Origin: Chrysomallon squamiferum
Taxonomy: Eukaryota; Animalia; Mollusca
Assembly: GCA_012295275.1 (NCBI GenBank)
Contig: CM022670.1
Coordinates: 36,518,001 to 36,582,000, forward strand
Length of the DNA stretch: 64,000 nt
Direction: 5' to 3'
Part shown: piece after piece, positions 52,181 to 64,000 of the stretch
Layout of the letters: each line of letters opens with the position of its first letter
How positions within the stretch are numbered: the stretch's first letter is position 1
Notes under the pieces: generated by a model
Told to the model about the DNA's origin: nothing
The model's input: the letters and a program-made list of their open reading frames with translations, nothing else
The model's database searches: none
Translations under genes and position numbers: made by a program

Positions 52181-53566
52181 AATTATTTCTGTAGATAATT
52201 TGTTTTCTTATAATGATACTAATTTGTTTTTAAATTCTGAAAAACAGTTAATGAAATGAATTTTCACAACTGAAATTTGTCAGGTGGTGGTTTGATGACA
52301 GTGTAACATAACTTTTGTGCACTTTTTAATAATTATTTTTATTTACTTATTCTATTTTTAAATATGTTTGATTGTATTCTTTGAAAGTAATTATTCATTA
52401 ATTATAGAATTAGGTGTGAAAAAATAACAGGAGCAAAGAGTGATTTTTATTGTTAACTCAAGTGTTTAACTGATACATTTGACTCCAGACTTGTAGATAC
52501 GATTCTGTCTTAAATATTTTACTTACTCATTTCTTTAACTAGACATCTTGAACTTGGGACAATCCAGTGTTAAAAAATAATAATTCAAAAACAAATATGC
52601 TGTTATTGTAGTGAATGTTATTGATATCCTCACTTTTAATTTAAAAAAATTATTTAAAAAAAAAAAAATTTACTTTAATTTAAAAAAAAAAAAATAATAT
52701 CCATCATCTTGTAGTAAGTAATATTTAATCTCAGATTGGCATTCTTTACAAAATTTACTTAATCATTCCACCAAACTCAGATCAAGTTGGCAGTGTTAAA
52801 TTTTATTATTCGTTATGTAATAAATATATTTATATGAATATAAAGAGACAACTATTTTGAAGATTATTATTACCTCTTTTGAGAATGTATAAAGGTGGAT
52901 TCATATTAATTCGTAAAAAATTACAAATATATTGTGAAAATAAACATGAGATAATGTGCTGAGATAGACTGGGTGTGTACAATACTGGACTTTGGCTTAG
53001 AATTACAAATATCTCCCACATTATTTATATTAGAGATTCCGAACAGAAGTTTGAACTAATCTGAAATTGAAATGTGAGCATTCAAAACATCAGACAGATG
53101 CATGAGGATTACAGGCTGTGTTTTATGTCAGCATGTCTTTCAGTGCAGATGTTTCAAGATAAGAACAGTCAGAACCTGTTTTTGAAATTAGTATTTTGCT
53201 TTTAGGAAAAGAGAATCATTTATTTGCTAGCAATGTAGAAGGGTTGTTGTGCTATGCAAATGAAATTTTATCAAAATTTTAGACTAAGATTTGTGTTTAC
53301 TCAAGATATTTATAAATATTTCATGTTAATTCTACAAGGATTTATCTGGCTTATCTAAAAGGGTGTGTTATTCCAGAAATATTTTTTAAATTACTGGATT
53401 TAGTGCATTATTATTTTATTTAAAATTATTTAAAAAAAAAAAAAAGAGTTCCACAAATTTTAAATGTTAAAATTGGTATGTTCCATTGAACTTTTGATGT
53501 AATGTTCAATAAACAAAACCAATCAAAACAATAGTTTCATAAGTATTTGGATTATCATTTGTAATT

Positions 53567-53597
<31 letters not shown>

Positions 53598-56500
53598 TTT
53601 GTTTGTTTTTGTTTTTTGGGAGGGTTTTTTAAAAAATAATCTGCTGGTTTATATTGTGTGAACCCAAGCATGGGTATTGTTTGTTATTCAGTGGCAGACG
53701 AAGTCAAATGCCTAACATTGTTGTTTTTAACCATAATAATTAAAAAAATTCATGAAGTTTAAAAATCACTTCAAACACTAAAGTGTTGTGCCTATTATGC
53801 TGTGTAGCAAACAGTTTTGTGATTGGTGGTTCAGTGAATTTTGAATGTTAAATCACACTGTAAATATCACCAACACACAGGAACTCTTTGCCAAACAAGA
53901 AGTAACAAATCAATATTATTTTGTAAATAAAAGACAACAGTATTTCTTGATATTATAGAATTAAAATAACTGCAATACTTGTTACTTTAGTTTCACAGGC
54001 ATAATAAATGTTGAAATATATATCTCATATTGTTTGTCTTTTCTTTCTAGTTATCTGTAATATTATCTTTACTGTTTGGCATCGTAAGTAAACAAGTAGA
54101 AAGGAATGAAATGTTTTTGTTTGTTTGGAGGTTTATTATTATTGTACTTCATTATTAGCAAAGATTGGTTTTTAAATATTAGTATTAAAAAGTAATTTGT
54201 TATTAAACTAACAAAAATGTATTTAAGTCTAATTTAGCCCAAAGCGGTGTTGATAAAATACTGAAGAAAATAACATGAATATTTCAAAATACTAAAGAAA
54301 GTATGGCAGCTGAAATTTGTCATGTAAAATCCATAGATGTATTAATATTAGCCCTATTATTATTATAACACTGAATTGTCAAATAAATTTGGATCAATAG
54401 TTTTTGGGGGTTTGGGGGTTTTTTTTTTTTTTTTTTGTGAGTGTGGCAGTTTCAGTCGAATGCCCATAAATGAGGGTCCTACCAACTTAATCTAATTTCA
54501 CATCTAAAATTTTCGAAGTTGATTTAAAGTAGAAGATTAGGTTTTTGCCCTCATGATCTAATCTGTAATGCTCATTAGACTGTGGGTGATACCACGTTTA
54601 ATCAGGAAACTGAAATCTGAAAGTATTTGGTAACTCGGTTTACGGAGCCACCGACCCAATTTTTCGTATATTGGAAAATAGAAATAACAGTTTAATTAAT
54701 TAGTTTTATTACATTCCGCTTACAGTGTACTACTCTGAACTGTCAAATAAACCGTTAAAAAAAAAAAAAAAAAAATTTATAATGGGCCGAAAACAAGGGA
54801 AATTTAATAAAATTCCAATAATATTTTAGATTTCAGTAATTAGATAAATTTAATTATTTCCAATCGGTGCTTTTTAACGTTTTAGCTCGGGTTTCAAGCA
54901 ACCTGTAACATTAAGAATTGTGTGGAAATAAAGATTAAGATTTGCTGTTGAAGTATATGAGTTATTCAGTGAATTTGTAATCCGTATTAAAAACAGGATG
55001 TTTTAAACACAGCCGATAGAGCATGAACAGCGAAAGCCATACTCCAAATTGTAATGATATGTAATAAGACGAGAATAGCTCGAAAATCGGCTTCAAACTT
55101 AAACTGCGATGTAATTCAGTGAATTTAGATCCCACATCTCTGGTATCATTCGAAAGCGTGTCCAGTTTCCTTTAGAATGACACTTTAGACTAAGCATAAT
55201 GTTCACCGGGGCAGCGGCTATTTCCAATATAACAACTGTCACTACAGACAGACAGACGATTGTTGTGTTCAAAATGGCGTCGAGCTCACAGTACAGTTTA
55301 TCGGCGAATTCTATCTCTGCTCTTGATCGAATTCGGCACCATCTCGTTAAGTCATTTTTTTATTTTATTTTTTTATTTATTTATTTTATTTTATTTTATT
55401 TTATTTATTTATTTATTTATTTATTTATTTTTTTTTTTTTTTTTTTTTTATAACCCTATTCGAGAATTCATTTTTATTTTTATTATTATTATTATTTTTT
55501 TTTTATCAAATTATTGTGTGTGTATAGGGGACGTGTAAATATATTGAACATCTGGCATTTCTCAGCCTCTGATTGTTTGAAAGGTGTTTTGCCACAGCTA
55601 TGTGATATCTCGGTCGACATCGTGCATTTTATGACAGTAAAGATAGGAGACGATCAACCCAGGTGAAAAAGATGAGGGAAAATCGTATTTCGCCCATATA
55701 AATGTAATTTTTGGCTATTTATGAAGGTGTATAATGCTATATATAGGTGCATATGTAGTCACAATCGTGAAAACAGCAACGAACACTACCGAACCTGGCA
55801 ATCAACCCGAACTTGAACAGCACTGTGCTCCGCCCCAATCCTTAAATTCCGAACCTGAATTTGAGTCGTGGTCCCAGAGAGAAGAGCACCGTGCCCCACA
55901 AGGACCCGACGTCAGCACCACTAACACCCTTTTACCTCTTTGAAACTACTACCAGCAAATCCGTATGGTCGATGCTTGTATTGAGCCGTAAATAGCCAGA
56001 ATACTATCAGTGATGAGGATGGACATTCAGTTGACTTCCGGGTCGACACAGACAGATATGCTGCGATCAAAAATCACGATCAACTTATATGAGGCTCTGG
56101 ACAGTATAACTGGCACAATAAATTTGCTATTTTGAATTGATGTTTATTCCTTCCTTCCTTTTTATTTTACTAATTTTGTGACGTAGCAGTCTCCATCTGC
56201 TCTAAGCAATGAAGATCAGAAGTTAGGGGGTTCAATACATGTACCCTTCCCCTGTGTGTGTGTGTGGCGGATTTGATATTTTATTATATATAAGTCTTTT
56301 ATTTTGTTTAGGAATGAAAAAAAAAAACAAATATGCTTTATATATTAAAATAATTTTTGGGGTTTACCCTTTCAACTTGAGGGTTTCCGGCGATCTCGCC
56401 CAGTTAATATCGCCACGAAAGTTAGGCATTGATCAATATTTTAAAATCAGCCTTATAACTCATACTTCTTTTTTCTCTTTCATTGTTAATAACTGAACCA

Positions 56501-57976
56501 GATTATTTTATTTCAAAATCGAAGTTACAAAAAGAAATTCAAGAAATATACTTGGATCTAATATAATGTCCAGCAACAAAATGTAGAATGTCATCTGAAA
56601 TTAATTGAAAAGTACAAAATCAAAATACAACTATCAAATCACAAATGTTACTATATGTGTCTGATTCACTAGTAGATAATCACGTTTTGGATGTGAAACT
56701 GTTAGAGTGTTAGTTCAACTGCTAGTTTAATACCACAGCTGCATATTAGCTTTTAAATCAGTCGCATAAATGCCAAGTACAAACACTGATCAGATCTGAA
56801 ATTGTTGATAGAACAATTTGTTTTCTTTATTCACTCAAAATTTGAAGGAAAAATCCGTTTGATAATTTTAAAATTATAACTTTTTATGTGCTTTACTATG
56901 TAGTTATTGTCTGTTGGTGTTTTTTTTTTTAAAAAATTTAATTTTTTTTTAATTATTATTATTATTTTTTTTTTTTTTTTTTTTTTCCATTTGTTGTTGT
57001 TGTTGGTATTTTTTGAACATTTATCGTTTTAAGTATTTGTTTAATTCATTTCCATGAGTTTTTATTATTGTATATTCAGCCTTGAACATTTGTAAGGAAC
57101 TTCTTATAGTAGTAATATATTACATGGTCACTGTTACTTGCTAAGTCAGGAGTATTCAAAACTAATCCGGTCTATTGATCCGTTTCTATGCGCATGCGCT
57201 ACAGTCGCAGGATAAAATAAGATCACCACCTGTATTTATGTATTATAAATCAACCTCCCACTGCAAAGGAAACCATACAACAATAACTAAGTGTCAAGTT
57301 CTTCAAATTAGGCAGCCATTTATAAAAACCAATACACAGATATTATGGTGGAATAATGTGTATATATATATATATGAGTATCCATCCATAGATGAATTTG
57401 TAACATTTGAAAAGTAAACATCATACTATTTTCCACTGATTATTAATAATTATGAAGAGAATTACAAATAAATATTTCATGGCTTTATAAACAACATTTT
57501 TATGGATGAAAAAAAGAACTCGTAAATCATACGATGCAGTTCAACAGGGGACGGACATTATACATAACAATTTAAATTTCTAATGGCAATGCACATTATA
57601 TATTTAATTTAAATTTATTTTAATTTAAAATTATAAAATATTCTTCCGAAGTTAACTCGTATGGGTGATAATATGTATAGATCATTAAATTAATTATATC
57701 CTAATGGCTGAGATTTATCTGGAGGCCATATGTAACAGTAACACGTGAACCACTTATAAAATACGGCTTCCAGTTTCATATCACAGCGCAACATGCTTAA
57801 GTACTTTTAACATATTTATTTACTGCCTAGATACGGCATTATGAGTATATATCACAAACCTGAAAATTCATTCATGAAATGCACAAGACTATTTTAAATA
57901 CATTGTAACATTATGATTTAGAATACTGAAGTCTACGTATGTACATACATACATACAGAAACATATATATAAGTAC

Positions 57977-58007
<31 letters not shown>

Positions 58008-58755
58008 AATTTATTTTGTTGTTGTTATTCGGGAACAATTGAACTAAAACAGTAACGACGGGTTAGACTCATATGGCTTTCGAGAATCGCCGAGTTGCAA
58101 GCATAATCGTAGGAAGACTTTGTAATTGGTCAAAATGTGAAATTGTGTCATGTGTGAAGTAATGTTAAACATTATTATGCCTTTTTGGCTAAGCTACCCA
58201 TGGCTCTGACGATTTTGAATTAAAATTATTATTATCAGTATAATTTTATACCTAAATTTTCAATAATACTGGCATAAAGAATATCATTTCATTTCGTCAC
58301 GTTCGTACTTCCTCGATCGTTTGATACTGGTCAACATATCGATATGGATGTATAACTTCTAATGCAGATCATAATCGCAAATATTTTGCATTAAAGTTCT
58401 AACCCTGATTAATTTATCAATTAAAAGTTGTTTGAGAGTCAATAAAAATTAGATTAAGAGAAACAGCTGACTGACACTAGCAATCAATCTTTCTTAGTGC
58501 TTATCACCGTCAATTACAAAACGTGTTCATCCGTCTTAATCCTCGGGCTCTGGGGCAAAATGATGACTTACGACCTGTCTAAAACTGACTCATCGGAACT
58601 ACATCTAAGTAACCGACAGCCTAATTGATTTCTTAAAGCTACAACTTTTACTGATTTACAGATGTCGATTAAAATAATGTATTAGGTAACATCACATTGT
58701 TAAGTACTTGATACACAGAAGAAGAAAACAAAAAAAATGAAAGACTGGGCAAACA

Positions 58756-63104
<4,349 letters not shown>

Positions 63105-63248
63105 AACCAACAACAAAAAAACAAAAAACCTTTTTGATCCAGTAGTTACTGTCAGTCAGTCAATGCACAATCAATTTAGAGAGTACTACTGATACTACAA
63201 ATTTATCAAAGTGGTTTTCTCAGAAGTCACGTTTAAAATCATTTACAA

Positions 63249-63284
<36 letters not shown>

Positions 63285-63748
63285 GGTGTGTTTGCCAATC
63301 ACTTCAATAAGCCATGTTACTGCATAATTGTATCTTTAAAAGTCACGTTTTTCTCTTCATGAACAATCTCCATCTAAGGTCGTAGTTATGTTTTGAAGTA
63401 TCGTTAATACTGTAGTATCTAGCCCCTGGCACGTAAGTGAAACAAAACAAATAAAAGAAAATAAATAAAAAGAAAGAAAGAACAAAAAATATCCTTAAAA
63501 ATATGAAACTTAGCTGCTATCATTTGATAGGACTGAAACATTGAATATGTTGAGATGCATTTGGTTCTCATATTTCGTATTTTTCTAGAATGAAATTCAA
63601 TTCATTTTGCAAGTTATATCTTTCACAATATGGTTTGGGCCTCTTTTCAGATATCAAAGTTCCAACCGGTTTCACATTTGAAAAATAAATAAAAAAGATT
63701 GATGCTGACAGCGACAACAACAAAAACACACCCAATCACACACACACA

Positions 63749-63800
<52 letters not shown>

Positions 63801-64000
63801 AAAAGAACAAACCATCAATAATAGAAATACACAATAAACGTTTAAAATAACTTTGAAAAATATATTAGTTTTAATAAGCTTACGATTTCATTTTTTAAGT
63901 TAGAACAACAGAATGACGATAACCATTCTAATAGTTGAAAAATGTTCACAAAAACAGTAAAAACAACGACTACAACGACAACAAACAAATTAAATAATAA

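Overview
AT-rich, microsatellite-rich, intron-containing animal genomic DNA, probably a lophotrochozoan such as a gastropod mollusc (inferred from gene and repeat content). The left part (1-38.5 kb) is a tandem array of three minus-strand paralogues of a 5-coding-exon death-fold adaptor gene with the architecture coiled-coil, Death-domain-like, CARD, variable C-terminal tail. Copy 1 (about 502 aa) and copy 3 (about 449 aa, hydrophobic C-terminal tail) splice in frame, while copy 2 is damaged. Between the copies lie two decayed duplicates of an M6/proteolipid (GPM6/PLP-family) gene, MULE, DIRS/Ngaro and pogo/Tigger transposon relics, orphan 3' flanks of further lost copies, and nested inverted duplications including one with arms of about 2.6 kb. 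A 200-N scaffold gap (38568-38767) separates this from PCF11 (+ strand, first exon not seen, four 1-bp frameshifts that look like assembly errors) and a two-exon HtrL/YibB-family type II membrane protein gene whose first coding exon is duplicated. Exon boundaries were read by eye from GT/AG sites and phase arithmetic; no searches were run.
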